From contig DIAQ01000095.1 in assembly GCA_002414865.1 (NCBI GenBank), positions 21,430 to 85,429 on the forward strand: DNA of 64,000 bases, read 5' to 3'. The notes below the pieces were generated by a model, which was given only the letters and a program-made list of their open reading frames with translations, had not been told where the DNA came from and did not search any database. Source of the DNA: a candidate division Hyd24-12 bacterium UBA5074. Lineage in GTDB: Bacteria; Fermentibacterota; Fermentibacteria; Fermentibacterales; Fermentibacteraceae. The position numbers were made by a program, and so were the translations under genes. Positions within the stretch are counted from its first letter, which is position 1, and every line of letters starts with the position of its first letter. Shown one piece after another: positions 1 through 8,977 of this stretch.

Positions 1-1096
1 AGAGCCCTCCCGGGAACTGCCAGCGGACCACGAAGTTCGGCTGCATGCTGAATGCGTGCAGGGTGCGATCCCATCCCGCCGGCCATGCCTCCGACAGCTC
101 CTCTGCATGCTCGACGGTTATCAGGATGCGCCCGGCTGCGCGGCGGAAGGCGGGACCGGAGCTGACCCGCGAGAGCTGCTCGAGGGCTTCCCCGCCGATG
201 GCGTGAACCGCGGCGTCCAGGCCTGCTCCGGCAATGGATTCCAGCGCCTGCAGGAGCTGCCCGTCGGAATAGACGAGGGATCCCACGCGGCCATCTGCGA
301 ACCCGCCCTTCATCGCAGCCGTTCCGGCGCCGATGCCTCCATCCAGGAACAGCTTGATCCCGAACAATCTGCACCATCCGCTGCACACGGGCATCTCAGC
401 CGGCGGACGGCCGTCCTCCGCCCAGACAGCCAGCGAGACGTCCACGCCGGGATCTGGTCTGGAAGCCATTCCGCGGGCGGCACCGGAAGGCTCCATGGCC
501 CGGAGAGCAGTGACGCCCTTGCGCAGGGCTGTTCCGCCTGCGGCAGCCAGAGCCTCGTCCATCTCGCCGGGGGCCGGAGGGAATCGCTCGTCGAACAGGA
601 GCACCGGGCCCTCCTTCACGAGCGGCCCTTCCAGCGCCCCGCAGCCAGGGATCTCCCTCATCCTCGCGATCATCGCCGAGGTGGCGAGCGCCGCATGGCC
701 GCAAACCCTCCGGAGAAACGCGCATCGCCCTCCGGCCGCCTGATCGAGCTCCTCCTGCGACGGGAGCAGGCGCCCGGGCCAGGAGCTCTCGTCCCATTTC
801 TCGCCGCGCAGGATCCCCGCGGCAGGCCTGGCTGCATTCAGCGTGTCGAGGACCTGTCCGGCGCATGACGCGCCGGACAGGTCCAGCCGGGTCTTCTCGT
901 AGCCGAGCCAGAGCATGTGGCAGTGTGCGTCGACGAACGAAGGCATGCCGAACGGGAGACCGCCCCGGACACCTGGCAGGACGGAGATCACCCGCCCTTT
1001 CTCGAAGTGCACCTCCGTGTCGGGCAGGGGAGGGCCGAGGCCCGTCCAGAACGAGTCGAAGCAGAGGGTGCCGGACCTGCCGTCAGGCCTGCGCAT
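1..1096 (-). CDS. Amidohydrolase-3 (YtcJ-like) metal-dependent hydrolase. Partial: the C-terminus runs off the window start.
   Basis: Manual minus-strand translation from ATG at 1096-1094 gives MRRPDGRSGTLCFDSFWTGLGPPLPDTEVHFEKGRVISVLPGVRGGLPFGMPSFVDAHCHMLWLGYEKTRLDLSGASCAGQVLDTL... with no stop down to about position 720. FVDAHCH is the amidohydrolase metal-binding motif. It is not in the ORF track because it has no stop in the window. Confidence 0.6.
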   Translation of the reverse strand, partial: MRRPDGRSGTLCFDSFWTGLGPPLPDTEVHFEKGRVISVLPGVRGGLPFGMPSFVDAHCHMLWLGYEKTRLDLSGASCAGQVLDTLNAARPAAGILRGEKWDESSWPGRLLPSQEELDQAAGGRCAFLRRVCGHAALATSAMIARMREIPGCGALEGPLVKEGPVLLFDERFPPAPGEMDEALAAAGGTALRKGVTALRAMEPSGAARGMASRPDPGVDVSLAVWAEDGRPPAEMPVCSGWCRLFGIKLFLDGGIGAGTAAMKGGFADGRVGSLVYSDGQLLQALESIAGAGLDAAVHAIGGEALEQLSRVSSGPAFRRAAGRILITVEHAEELSEAWPAGWDRTLHAFSMQPNFVVRWQFPGGL

Positions 1097-2045
1097 CGCT
1101 CCCGGCCGTCTTCCTCATCATCACGTCGAGGGTGTCCGGCTTGACCTCTATCGTGAAGAAGGTGTAGTCCTCGCGGCGCTCGACGCTCGTTATCCTGCCC
1201 GGGAACTCGCTGGTGAGGAGCCTCCTGGAGGAGTGCCTGACCTTCGCCGGGTCGGCGTACTCGATGATGCCCATGTCGTCGTTCCTCAGCTGGTGGACGT
1301 CAATCTCCATCACCCCGGTCTCGTCGCTCTGTGCGCGCCAGGCCTTCACGATGATCCGGTTGTTGACGGATACGGACGAGTTGCCGGGGAACCGCGCCTC
1401 GATCGTGGAGGAAAGCTGGTATCTCTCGAGCTGCTTCTCGTACAGGACAGCCCTGTTCCGGCCCGAGTCCTTGGCATGGTACATCGCCCGGTCGGCCATG
1501 GTGATCAGCTCGGACCCGGGCACGTCCTCGGTGCTGCACACGCCAGCAGAGATGGTGACTCCGAGGCTGCCCGGCGCATCCCGGGAGGGCGCCCCGCCGG
1601 GATCGGAGCGCCCGGCGGCAGAGACCGTCGAGTCGTCCGGCGTCATCTCGATCCTGCTGTCGGCCACGATCCTGCACATCCTGTCGGCGGTCGCGATGCC
1701 CTCGCTCCTGCAGGCGTTGGGCAGCAGCACGACGATTTCCTCTCCGCCGTACCTGTAGGCTTCTCCCCTGTAGCGGACCGCGGAACGGACGAGGCCGGCC
1801 ACGTGTCCCAGGACCCTGTCGCCGATCCTGTGTCCCCAGGTGTCGTTGAAGCTCTTGAAATGGTCTATGTCCACGAAGATCGCGCAGAGGGGTAGCCTGT
1901 CGGCCCCCATGCGGGCGAGCAGCGCGGGCAGGTCCTCGTCGAGGATCTTCCGCGGCGGCAGCCGGGTCACTTCGTCCGGCTCGACCTCGCGCGGGAACCT
2001 GAGCGAACCCGCCACTCCCTCACCGCCTGCCTTCTCCTGATGCAT
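1083..2045 (-). CDS. Diguanylate cyclase with a GGDEF domain (active-site variant GGEEI). It has no N-terminal sensor domain and carries an uncharacterised C-terminal extension of about 120 aa.
   Basis: Internal ATG at 2045-2043 (MHQEKAGG...) of ORF 1083..2360. Motifs DIDHFKSFNDTWGH, RYGGEEIVVLLP and MYHAKDSGRNRAV. The longer ORF would overlap the divergent lipoprotein gene and its promoter. Confidence 0.8.
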   Translation of the reverse strand: MHQEKAGGEGVAGSLRFPREVEPDEVTRLPPRKILDEDLPALLARMGADRLPLCAIFVDIDHFKSFNDTWGHRIGDRVLGHVAGLVRSAVRYRGEAYRYGGEEIVVLLPNACRSEGIATADRMCRIVADSRIEMTPDDSTVSAAGRSDPGGAPSRDAPGSLGVTISAGVCSTEDVPGSELITMADRAMYHAKDSGRNRAVLYEKQLERYQLSSTIEARFPGNSSVSVNNRIIVKAWRAQSDETGVMEIDVHQLRNDDMGIIEYADPAKVRHSSRRLLTSEFPGRITSVERREDYTFFTIEVKPDTLDVMMRKTAGSDAQA

Positions 2046-2104
2046 GGGGCCTCCCTGGATGCCAGCCGGAAGATAACAGAGCGGGAGGGCGTGGAGAACC
2101 CGCG

Positions 2105-2133
2105 TTGACAAGAACCCTTCGACTTTATACGCT
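2105..2133 (+). promoter_or_regulatory. Putative sigma70-like promoter for the lipoprotein gene (TTGACA-17-TACGCT).
   Basis: TTGACA at 2105-2110, a 17-nt spacer, then TACGCT at 2128-2133. It lies in the divergent intergenic region between the GGDEF start (2045) and the lipoprotein start (2197). Confidence 0.3.
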
Positions 2134-2196
2134 ACCGCAGGCCGGCTGGCATCCGTCAAGGTGCCGGTTAATTCTGAACGGAGGGTTGCAGTACAG

Positions 2197-3009
2197 ATGA
2201 GACTGCTGGTAATTGGTGCATTGTTCGCTCTCCTGCTCGCGACCGGCTGTGCGTCGCCCGAGCAGAAGGCGGTTAGTGACTCGTACGAAAAGATAGCCAC
2301 CGCCCTCGAGGACGGAGACTTCAGCACTGCGTTCGACAACCTCAGCTCGAACACCCGCACCTTCCTCGACGACCTCGCCGAGGCCCTGACCTTCTACCAG
2401 ATGCCCATGGGCGCAGACGGCCGCGAGCTGTTCGGCGAGATGCTCGCCGAGGCCGACATGACAGACCTCTCCCGCACCATCAAGTCCGTCACGGTCACCG
2501 GCAGCAACGCCACGGTCGTGACCGAGACCGAAGAGGGCGACGAGACCCTGCAGTTCGTCCTCGAGGACGGGAAGTGGTGCCTCGATTTCGAGACCCTCAT
2601 CCGTGACGCCATGAACGAAGGCCTCGACGGATCCGGCTTCACCGTCCAGGACCTCATCGACCGCACGGTCCCCGGCATGGATCCGACCACCGGCGGAGCG
2701 ACCGCCGGCGGTGCGATGAGCGTGACGGCCGGCAGCGGCTCCTGCGCTGTCACCATCGTCAACGGACTCGGCAACTGGACCATCTACTACGCGTACATCA
2801 GCCCCTCCTCCTCCGACGACTGGGGCGACGATGTGCTCGGCTCCGAGACGCTCGCACCGGGCGGGACCCTCACCATGATGACGGACCCCGGCACCTACGA
2901 CATCATGCTCGAGGACGAGGACGGGGACACCTACTCCAGGTACGGCGTCGAGATAACCTCCGCCGGCTATGCCTGGGAGGTCACCCTCGCCGACCTCGAC
3001 GCAGAGTAG
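2197..3009 (+). CDS. Acidic lipoprotein with a C-terminal repeat domain of about 80 aa; paralog of the next gene.
   Basis: ATG at 2197 with GGAGGG Shine-Dalgarno at 2180-2185. Signal peptide MRLLVIGALFALLLATGC contains a lipobox. C-terminal block TIVNGLGNWTIYYAYIS...GTYDIMLEDEDGDTYSRYGVEITSAGYAWEVTLADLD. Confidence 0.7.
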   Translation: MRLLVIGALFALLLATGCASPEQKAVSDSYEKIATALEDGDFSTAFDNLSSNTRTFLDDLAEALTFYQMPMGADGRELFGEMLAEADMTDLSRTIKSVTVTGSNATVVTETEEGDETLQFVLEDGKWCLDFETLIRDAMNEGLDGSGFTVQDLIDRTVPGMDPTTGGATAGGAMSVTAGSGSCAVTIVNGLGNWTIYYAYISPSSSDDWGDDVLGSETLAPGGTLTMMTDPGTYDIMLEDEDGDTYSRYGVEITSAGYAWEVTLADLDAE

Positions 3010-3137
3010 TTCACCGGCTGTTGCCCCGGCGTGCACTGGACGCCGGGGCAATACCTCGATATAGTGTCAACCAAATGTCCGCCATTGTTGTAACGGGCGG
3101 ACAACGCCTGGAAAATCCAGCATTACATGGAGGGTTT

Positions 3138-4022
3138 ATGAACAAGGTGCTGTTCGCGCTTCTCGCAGCGACCCTGGTCATGGTGACCGGCTGCGACAAG
3201 ACCGTCCCCGTCACGGTGACGAACGGTCTCGGTGACTGGGATATCTCCTCCGTCTACATCTATCCCGCCGACCAGGTCAGCAGGGGTGCCGACCTGCTCG
3301 CGACCGACCTGGTTCCCGACTCCAGCTCGGTCTTCCGCATGCTCCCCGGCAACTACAACATCCTCATCCTCGACGAGGACACCGACAGCTACTTCTACGG
3401 CAACGTGACGGTTCCCGCCGAGGGCTACACCCTCGAGGTCAAGCTCGAGGACCTCGACTCCGGCAACATCAACGCCGGCACCGGCGACTACCCGCTGACC
3501 ATCACCAACAACCTCACCGACTACGATCTGTGGTACGTCTACGCCGACAGCGCCGGTGACGAGCTCGTAACCGAGTACATGGGCGCCAACATCCTGTTCC
3601 CGGAAGAGACCATGACCCTCTGGCTCGCTCCGGGCACCTATCAGGTCCAGATCGTCGACGACAGCGACGCCACCTTCACCTATGAGGAAGTCGTCGTCGC
3701 CGAGACCGGCGCCGCCATCACCGTCAAGGAAGAGGACATCGACGCTCCCCGCGCAGCCGGGGCCACGATCACGGTCGTGAACGCCCTCGAGAGCTGGACC
3801 ATCACCGGTCTCCTGATCGATGGCAGCACCGAGGCCTGGGGCGCCAACGGCGAGAGGCTGACCGCTCCCCTGACCCCCGGCCAGAGCATCGACGTCGTGG
3901 TCGAGCCCGGCTCCTGGGACATGCAGGCCACCGACGAGGATGGCGACACCTACACCCAGATGCAGCAGGAAGTCGGCCCCGAGGGTTATGTCTGGACGGT
4001 CACGCTCGACCAGATAGACTGA
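3138..4022 (+). CDS. Acidic lipoprotein containing three tandem copies of the same repeat domain (about 80 aa each).
   Basis: ATG at 3138 with GGAGGG Shine-Dalgarno at 3129-3134. Lipobox MNKVLFALLAATLVMVTGC. Three repeats each begin (V/I)T(V/N)xN.L..W and end E(V/L)xLxDLD or (T/E)xxDID. Confidence 0.75.
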   Translation: MNKVLFALLAATLVMVTGCDKTVPVTVTNGLGDWDISSVYIYPADQVSRGADLLATDLVPDSSSVFRMLPGNYNILILDEDTDSYFYGNVTVPAEGYTLEVKLEDLDSGNINAGTGDYPLTITNNLTDYDLWYVYADSAGDELVTEYMGANILFPEETMTLWLAPGTYQVQIVDDSDATFTYEEVVVAETGAAITVKEEDIDAPRAAGATITVVNALESWTITGLLIDGSTEAWGANGERLTAPLTPGQSIDVVVEPGSWDMQATDEDGDTYTQMQQEVGPEGYVWTVTLDQID

Positions 4023-4046
4023 TCGACGGCCACACTGGGACACCGG

Positions 4047-4077
4047 AGAGCCCCCGCCCCGCGGGGGCTCTTCTCTT
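4047..4077 (+). terminator. Rho-independent terminator.
   Basis: 10-bp stem AGAGCCCCCG (4047-4056) paired with CGGGGGCTCT (4062-4071), a 5-nt loop, then the T-rich tail TCTCTT (4072-4077). It sits directly after the lipoprotein stop at 4022. Confidence 0.55.
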
Positions 4078-4118
4078 GGGCGCGGCGCGCGCACTGCGCC
4101 TCCCGGAGGACCGAACAG

Positions 4119-5303
4119 ATGAACAGACCCGGAGCGGTCTTCGGCATGCCGAGAGACGTCCTGATGCTCCTCTCGGCCGCAGCCCTGATGAGCGCGGCCG
4201 GCAACATCTTCAGCTCCATAATGCCCGATTTCCTCCACAACGTGCTGCATGTCAGCGGGGAGGTCAGGGGCATGCTCGAGATGCCCCGGGAGCTGCCGGG
4301 CTTCCTCCAGGTCCTCTTCCTGTCGCTCCTGGCAGGCATGGCCAGGACACGGGCCACCGCGCTGACGATGGCAGTCTCCGTCGTCAGCTTCCTCGGGCTC
4401 GCCCTCCTCGGGGGCTCGTTCCCCTTCTTCGTGGCTTTCATGATCCTCTGGTCCGCCGGCATGCACACATTCGTCCCCCTGCGCGACGCCCTGGCCATGG
4501 ATCTCGCATCGGGAGACAGGCGCGGAGTGATCCTGGGGAACGTCGGCGCTTCGAGATCCCTCGGCCTGATCATGGGCACCGCGCTCGTGACAATCACCAC
4601 CGAAACCCTCGGGGTCGGCTTCTCCGGCGCGTTCATCGCCGGGGCGATAGTCCTGGCAGCAGGGACGGTCTTCTGCCTTGCCATCCGCCACCCCGCCGGC
4701 AGGAAGCCGGAAGGACCGCCGGTCAGGTTCGTGGTGAAGCGCAAATACAGGCTCTACTACATCCTCGCCGTCCTGTTCGGCGCGAGGAAGCAGATCTTCC
4801 TGACCTTCGCCCCATGGCTTCTCGTGAGTTCCTACGGCCAGACCGCCAGCGGGCTCGCTCTGGCGATGGGGATCTCCGCCGGCCTGGGGCTGTTTTCCAA
4901 ACCATTGTTCGGCAGCCTCATCGACAAATTCGGCGAGAAGAGGGTCCTCACCTGGGAGTCGCTGCTGGTGGCTGCGATGTGCATCGGCTACGCGATCGCC
5001 CCCGGGCTGCTCGGACCCGTGGCCGCCGTCTTCGTGCTGTACGGCCTGTACGTCCTCGACGAGCTGCTGTTCTCCCTTGCCATGGCCCGCACCACCTACC
5101 TCTCCCGCATCGCGGAATGCCGGGAGGACATCGTGCCGACCCTCGGACTGGGAGGCACTTTCGACCATGCGATCTCGATGACTGTTCCGGCTGCCGCGGG
5201 GCTCCTCTGGGCAGGCGCAGGCCCGCCCTCGGTGTTCCTTCTGGCCGCGGTCGTAGCGCTCGTGAACCTGTTCTTCGTGCGGAGGATGGAGCCCGGCTGC
5301 TGA
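4119..5303 (+). CDS. MFS transporter.
   Basis: 394-aa ORF with about 12 predicted TM helices. GGAGGA Shine-Dalgarno 9 nt upstream of the ATG. The composition is typical of a membrane protein. Confidence 0.8.
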   Translation: MNRPGAVFGMPRDVLMLLSAAALMSAAGNIFSSIMPDFLHNVLHVSGEVRGMLEMPRELPGFLQVLFLSLLAGMARTRATALTMAVSVVSFLGLALLGGSFPFFVAFMILWSAGMHTFVPLRDALAMDLASGDRRGVILGNVGASRSLGLIMGTALVTITTETLGVGFSGAFIAGAIVLAAGTVFCLAIRHPAGRKPEGPPVRFVVKRKYRLYYILAVLFGARKQIFLTFAPWLLVSSYGQTASGLALAMGISAGLGLFSKPLFGSLIDKFGEKRVLTWESLLVAAMCIGYAIAPGLLGPVAAVFVLYGLYVLDELLFSLAMARTTYLSRIAECREDIVPTLGLGGTFDHAISMTVPAAAGLLWAGAGPPSVFLLAAVVALVNLFFVRRMEPGC

Positions 5304-5526
5304 GACGGGCGGGGCGGACGGGCGGCTGCCGGCTTATACTAGGAGCCGGCTGGAGATGACCGGCTCGAAAGGCAGGAGCTCGACCTCGCACGTCTCCGCC
5401 TGCGACCGGAGCGGCCCGGTCGGCGAGGGCATCCTCCGCCGTGCCGCCATTTCCGGGAAGGACTTCATGCTCCGGGCGACGGAGCGCTTCCCCGGGTCCC
5501 TGGATGGGCCCGGACTGGAGTGAGCA

Positions 5527-7338
5527 ATGTCTGACGCAATTCCGGCCCGTTCCCAGGTGCCTGTCGAGGATCGCTGGGACCTCGAGAAGATCTACTCATC
5601 GGATTCCGACTGGGAAAGGGACTTCGCCTCGACGGCATCGTTCGCCCAGGCCTTCTCCAGGAGGGCCGGCACCCTGTCCGTCAGCCCGCAGAGCCTCCTC
5701 GAGGCCATCGTGGAGATGCTGGCCCAGGCGCGCGTCATGGAGAAGCTTCTGTCGTACTCCTCGATGAGGAGCGACGAGGACCTTTCCGACTCCCTCCATT
5801 CGGAGATGCACTCGCGTGTGATGAGCCGGGCGGCCGAGGTGTCCGCGGGCCAGTCGTTCTTCGTCCCCGAGATATTGAGGATCGCGGACTCGAAGATGTC
5901 CGGCTGGCTGGCCTCCGACGAGCTCGCGGCGTACCGGTCGTGGCTGGAGGAGATCCTGCGTTTCAGGCCCCACACTCTCGGGGAGGCGGAGGAGAAGCTG
6001 CTGGCCATGTCGCGGGAGGTCACCGAGGGCTTCTACTCGGCGTTCGGCAAGCTCAGCAACGTGGACAGGCCCGGACGGCTCCCGGAGGTCGCCCGACCGG
6101 CCGGAGGAGCGGTCAGGATCACGAACGCCAATTTCACGACGCTCCTGGAGGACAACGACCAGTCCTTCCGCCGCGCGGTCTTCAACGGATACTACGGCGA
6201 GCTCAGGGGCAACACCTCCACGCTGGCAGCTCTTCTCGACAGCCAGGTCAGATCGTCGGTCTTCTACGCCAGGGCGCGCAACCACAGGTCGGCCGTGGAG
6301 GCGTCCCTCTTCCTGGACTCCGTCGACCTGTCGGTCTACGAGTCGCTGATAGGCGCGGTCTCCGACAGCCTGCCGACCATGCACCGCTACTACGGGATGA
6401 AGAAGAAGGCTCTCGGACTCGAGAAGATGCACATCTATGACCTCTACCTCCCCTCCGTGACGATGGATGACCGCAGATACTCGTTCGACGAAGCCGTGGA
6501 GATGACGCTGAAGGCGGTCGAGCCCCTCGGCGGATCCTACCGGGCGGAGCTCGCGGAAGGCTTCCGCAGCCGCTGGGTGGACAGGTACGAGAACAGGGGC
6601 AAGAGGTCCGGCGCCTACTCGGGGGGATGTTATGACACAATGCCATACATCCTTCACAACTTCACCGGCTCGCTCGATTCGGTATTCACGCTCGCCCACG
6701 AGGCCGGCCACTCGATGCACAGCCTCCTGAGCCGGCGCGCACAGCCGTATCACACGTCGGACTACAGGATCCTCCTCGCGGAGGTCGCCTCGACGACGAA
6801 CGAGATGCTTCTCACCGACTCCCTGCTATCCCGCTCGACCGATCGCAGGGAGAGGTCCTACCTGCTCGACCACCTTGTCAACGACTTCCGGGGCACGGTC
6901 TTCCGTCAGACGATGTTCGCCGAGTTCGAGTTGCTGATCCACCGCGAGGTGGAATCGGGAGGGGCGCTCACGCCCGACTACCTCGACAGCACCTACCTGG
7001 GGCTCGTGAAGAAGTATCACGGACCCTCCTTCGATCTCGACGGGGATGACGAGGCCATCGCCTGTGAGTGGGCGAGGATCCCTCATTTCTACTACAACTT
7101 CTATGTCTACAAGTACGCGACCGGACTGTGCTCGGCGGTGGACATCTCGCGCAGGATCATCTCGGGCGCGGACGGCGCGGTGGAGAGCTACATGGGCTTC
7201 CTGTCAGGCGGATGCAGCGTACCGCCCCTCGACCTGCTGGCTTCCGCAGGAGTCGATCTGCGGACTCCTGCACCGGTCGCCTCCGCCCTGGAATATCTCG
7301 ACGAGGCAGTGGGGCAGCTCGCGGCGCCTCAGTCCTGA
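5527..7338 (+). CDS. pepF: Oligoendopeptidase F (M3B family).
   Basis: 603 aa with the HEAGHSMHS zinc motif (HEXXH). The overall length and sequence fit PepF. Confidence 0.9.
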   Translation: MSDAIPARSQVPVEDRWDLEKIYSSDSDWERDFASTASFAQAFSRRAGTLSVSPQSLLEAIVEMLAQARVMEKLLSYSSMRSDEDLSDSLHSEMHSRVMSRAAEVSAGQSFFVPEILRIADSKMSGWLASDELAAYRSWLEEILRFRPHTLGEAEEKLLAMSREVTEGFYSAFGKLSNVDRPGRLPEVARPAGGAVRITNANFTTLLEDNDQSFRRAVFNGYYGELRGNTSTLAALLDSQVRSSVFYARARNHRSAVEASLFLDSVDLSVYESLIGAVSDSLPTMHRYYGMKKKALGLEKMHIYDLYLPSVTMDDRRYSFDEAVEMTLKAVEPLGGSYRAELAEGFRSRWVDRYENRGKRSGAYSGGCYDTMPYILHNFTGSLDSVFTLAHEAGHSMHSLLSRRAQPYHTSDYRILLAEVASTTNEMLLTDSLLSRSTDRRERSYLLDHLVNDFRGTVFRQTMFAEFELLIHREVESGGALTPDYLDSTYLGLVKKYHGPSFDLDGDDEAIACEWARIPHFYYNFYVYKYATGLCSAVDISRRIISGADGAVESYMGFLSGGCSVPPLDLLASAGVDLRTPAPVASALEYLDEAVGQLAAPQS

Positions 7339-7991
7339 GGACCCACCAGAAGCTCTAGCGCCGCTTCTATCTCGGCGGGATCGGCGCATGTGTCGTAACA
7401 CTCCCCGTGGGGCTGGCTGTTGGCCACGCCCCACGCGGGAACGGGCCATGCATCGAGCAGTCCGCTCGCCAGGTCCCTTGCGCAGGCAACGGCTATCACG
7501 AGGTCGGGTGACGACTCCCTCACGGCCTTGCGGGCGGATGTGCCCCCGGTGGCAACCGCCAGGGCCAGCCCCCTCGCATCCGCAAGCGTGGCTATGTCCC
7601 CGATGGTGCAGCCTCCGCATCTCCTGCAGGCCGAAGCGCTCCCCATCAGCCTGATCGGGCACTCGTGCCTCTGCAGGCAGTGCGGCAGCAGCAGCAGGAT
7701 TCGTGCCGGACGCGGTCTCAGAGGCGCTCTCGTCCTGAGGATGCTGTTGCTGACAGCGGCCGTCATCCCGTCGATGCCGCCTCCGGCCAGCAGGCGAAGG
7801 GCCTGCAGCAGCCTGAGGGCTGCGACGCAGGCCCTCAGGTTCATGTATGCGAAGCCCGCAGGGATGATCCGGCACGACACGGAGGCATGGGCCGCGGCGA
7901 CTGCCGTCAGCATCACGGCAAGAGCGCCGGCCGCGGCATGGATGGGGCCGACGGCCGAGAGCGCGACTACCGCCACCGCTGCGGCCGGCAC
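7329..7991 (-). CDS. Cys-rich membrane protein resembling DUF116 (LLLLPHCLQ and CRRCGGC motifs).
   Basis: This is the C-terminal third of ORF 7329..8996. Two N-terminal TM helices are followed by LLLLPHCLQRHECP...CRRCGGCTIGD...VIAVACARD. The start is assigned to GTG at 7991-7989 and is uncertain. It overlaps pepF convergently by 10 nt. Confidence 0.45.
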   Translation of the reverse strand: MPAAAVAVVALSAVGPIHAAAGALAVMLTAVAAAHASVSCRIIPAGFAYMNLRACVAALRLLQALRLLAGGGIDGMTAAVSNSILRTRAPLRPRPARILLLLPHCLQRHECPIRLMGSASACRRCGGCTIGDIATLADARGLALAVATGGTSARKAVRESSPDLVIAVACARDLASGLLDAWPVPAWGVANSQPHGECYDTCADPAEIEAALELLVGPQD

Positions 7992-8038
7992 CGAGACGAT
8001 GGAGATCCCGAGAGCATAGAGGCGGCCGGCCCCGCCGC

Positions 8039-8977
8039 TCAAGGCGCTCCGAGCCTCTCGCCCGGCAGCGGCCTGTAGCCGGCGGCGAAGGCCGCCGCTG
8101 ACATGGCCGGTCTCGATTCCGGCTGCAGGTGTGTCACGACCAGCGAGCCCGAGCCGCAAGCCACCTCGATCCCTTCTGCGGAGACCGATATCACCGCGCC
8201 CGGAGATCCTTCCGATCCTGCGGCGCGGGCCCTCAGCAACTTGACGCTCCTCCCGCGGAAGAGCGTCCTGGCCCCCGGCCTCGGGCTGAAGGCGAGGACC
8301 GTCCTCTCCAGCTCCGTGCAACTCCTGCCCCAGTCCATGTCGAGCATCCTGCGGGGTATCCTCCTGGCCCTGGAGGCCTCGCCCTCCTGGGGGCGGGGCT
8401 CCATCCGGCCCCCGAGATACGCATCCAGGACGGTGACGATCCACCCTGCTGCGAGAGCCGCAAGCCTCTCTTCGAGCTCCCCGGCGGTCTCGCCTTCCGC
8501 GACCTGCGTCCTGGCCGCGAAAATCAGAGGACCCGTGTCCCAGCCTTCGTCGGAGCGCAGGAAGGAAACGCCTGTCTCCCCGTCGCCGTCCAGGATCGTC
8601 CAGGCGACGGGCTCGGCTCCCCGGTGCCTGGGCAGGAGGGACGGGTGGATGTTGACGACTCCTCCCGGCGCCATGGATAGAAGTCCGGGGGGGATCAGGA
8701 GGCCGAAGTCCGCGGTCAGGAGGAGGGCGGGTCTCAGCGACGAGATGCGCCCCGCGATACCGGAATCGAGCCGGTCCGACCTGACCAGCGGCAGCGAGAG
8801 CCTCTCCGCCTCGGAAGCCACAGGCGGGCACCGGGTCCGCAACCCGCGTCCCGCGGCCGCATCCGGCCGTGTGAGGACGAGGGTCACATCGAACCGCCCG
8901 GACGAGGCCAGAGCCGAGAGGGATGGGACCCCGAAGGGGCCGCTGCCGAGGAATACGATGCGGTCTAGGTCCTGCAC
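8039..8977 (-). CDS. fmt: Methionyl-tRNA formyltransferase.
   Basis: IVFLGSGPFGVPSL N-terminus and HPSLLPRHRGAEPV. GTG start at 8977 with GGAGAAG Shine-Dalgarno. It overlaps the def stop by 13 nt. Confidence 0.9.
   Translation of the reverse strand: MQDLDRIVFLGSGPFGVPSLSALASSGRFDVTLVLTRPDAAAGRGLRTRCPPVASEAERLSLPLVRSDRLDSGIAGRISSLRPALLLTADFGLLIPPGLLSMAPGGVVNIHPSLLPRHRGAEPVAWTILDGDGETGVSFLRSDEGWDTGPLIFAARTQVAEGETAGELEERLAALAAGWIVTVLDAYLGGRMEPRPQEGEASRARRIPRRMLDMDWGRSCTELERTVLAFSPRPGARTLFRGRSVKLLRARAAGSEGSPGAVISVSAEGIEVACGSGSLVVTHLQPESRPAMSAAAFAAGYRPLPGERLGAP

Noticed and set aside
56-868. 270-aa plus-strand ORF and other ORFs in 1-1900 (333..743, 396..866, 915..1895).
   Set aside because: They are antisense or out of frame to the amidohydrolase and GGDEF genes. 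R/G/A-rich with no motifs.
1083-1450. Assignment of the GGDEF protein's C-terminal extension as a PilZ domain.
   Set aside because: Neither the RxxxR nor the (D/N)xSxxG PilZ signature could be found by eye, so it is left as uncharacterised.
3123-5168. 681-aa ORF on the minus strand spanning the repeat-lipoprotein and MFS genes.
   Set aside because: The G/R/P/E/D-rich low-complexity translation is typical of antisense frames in 68% GC DNA. The plus-strand genes have signal peptides, TM helices and Shine-Dalgarno sites.
5328-5350. Hairpin (GCCGGCT-N9-AGCCGGC) after the MFS gene as a terminator.
   Set aside because: Perfect 7-bp stem but no downstream U-tract. It may just be a palindromic site.
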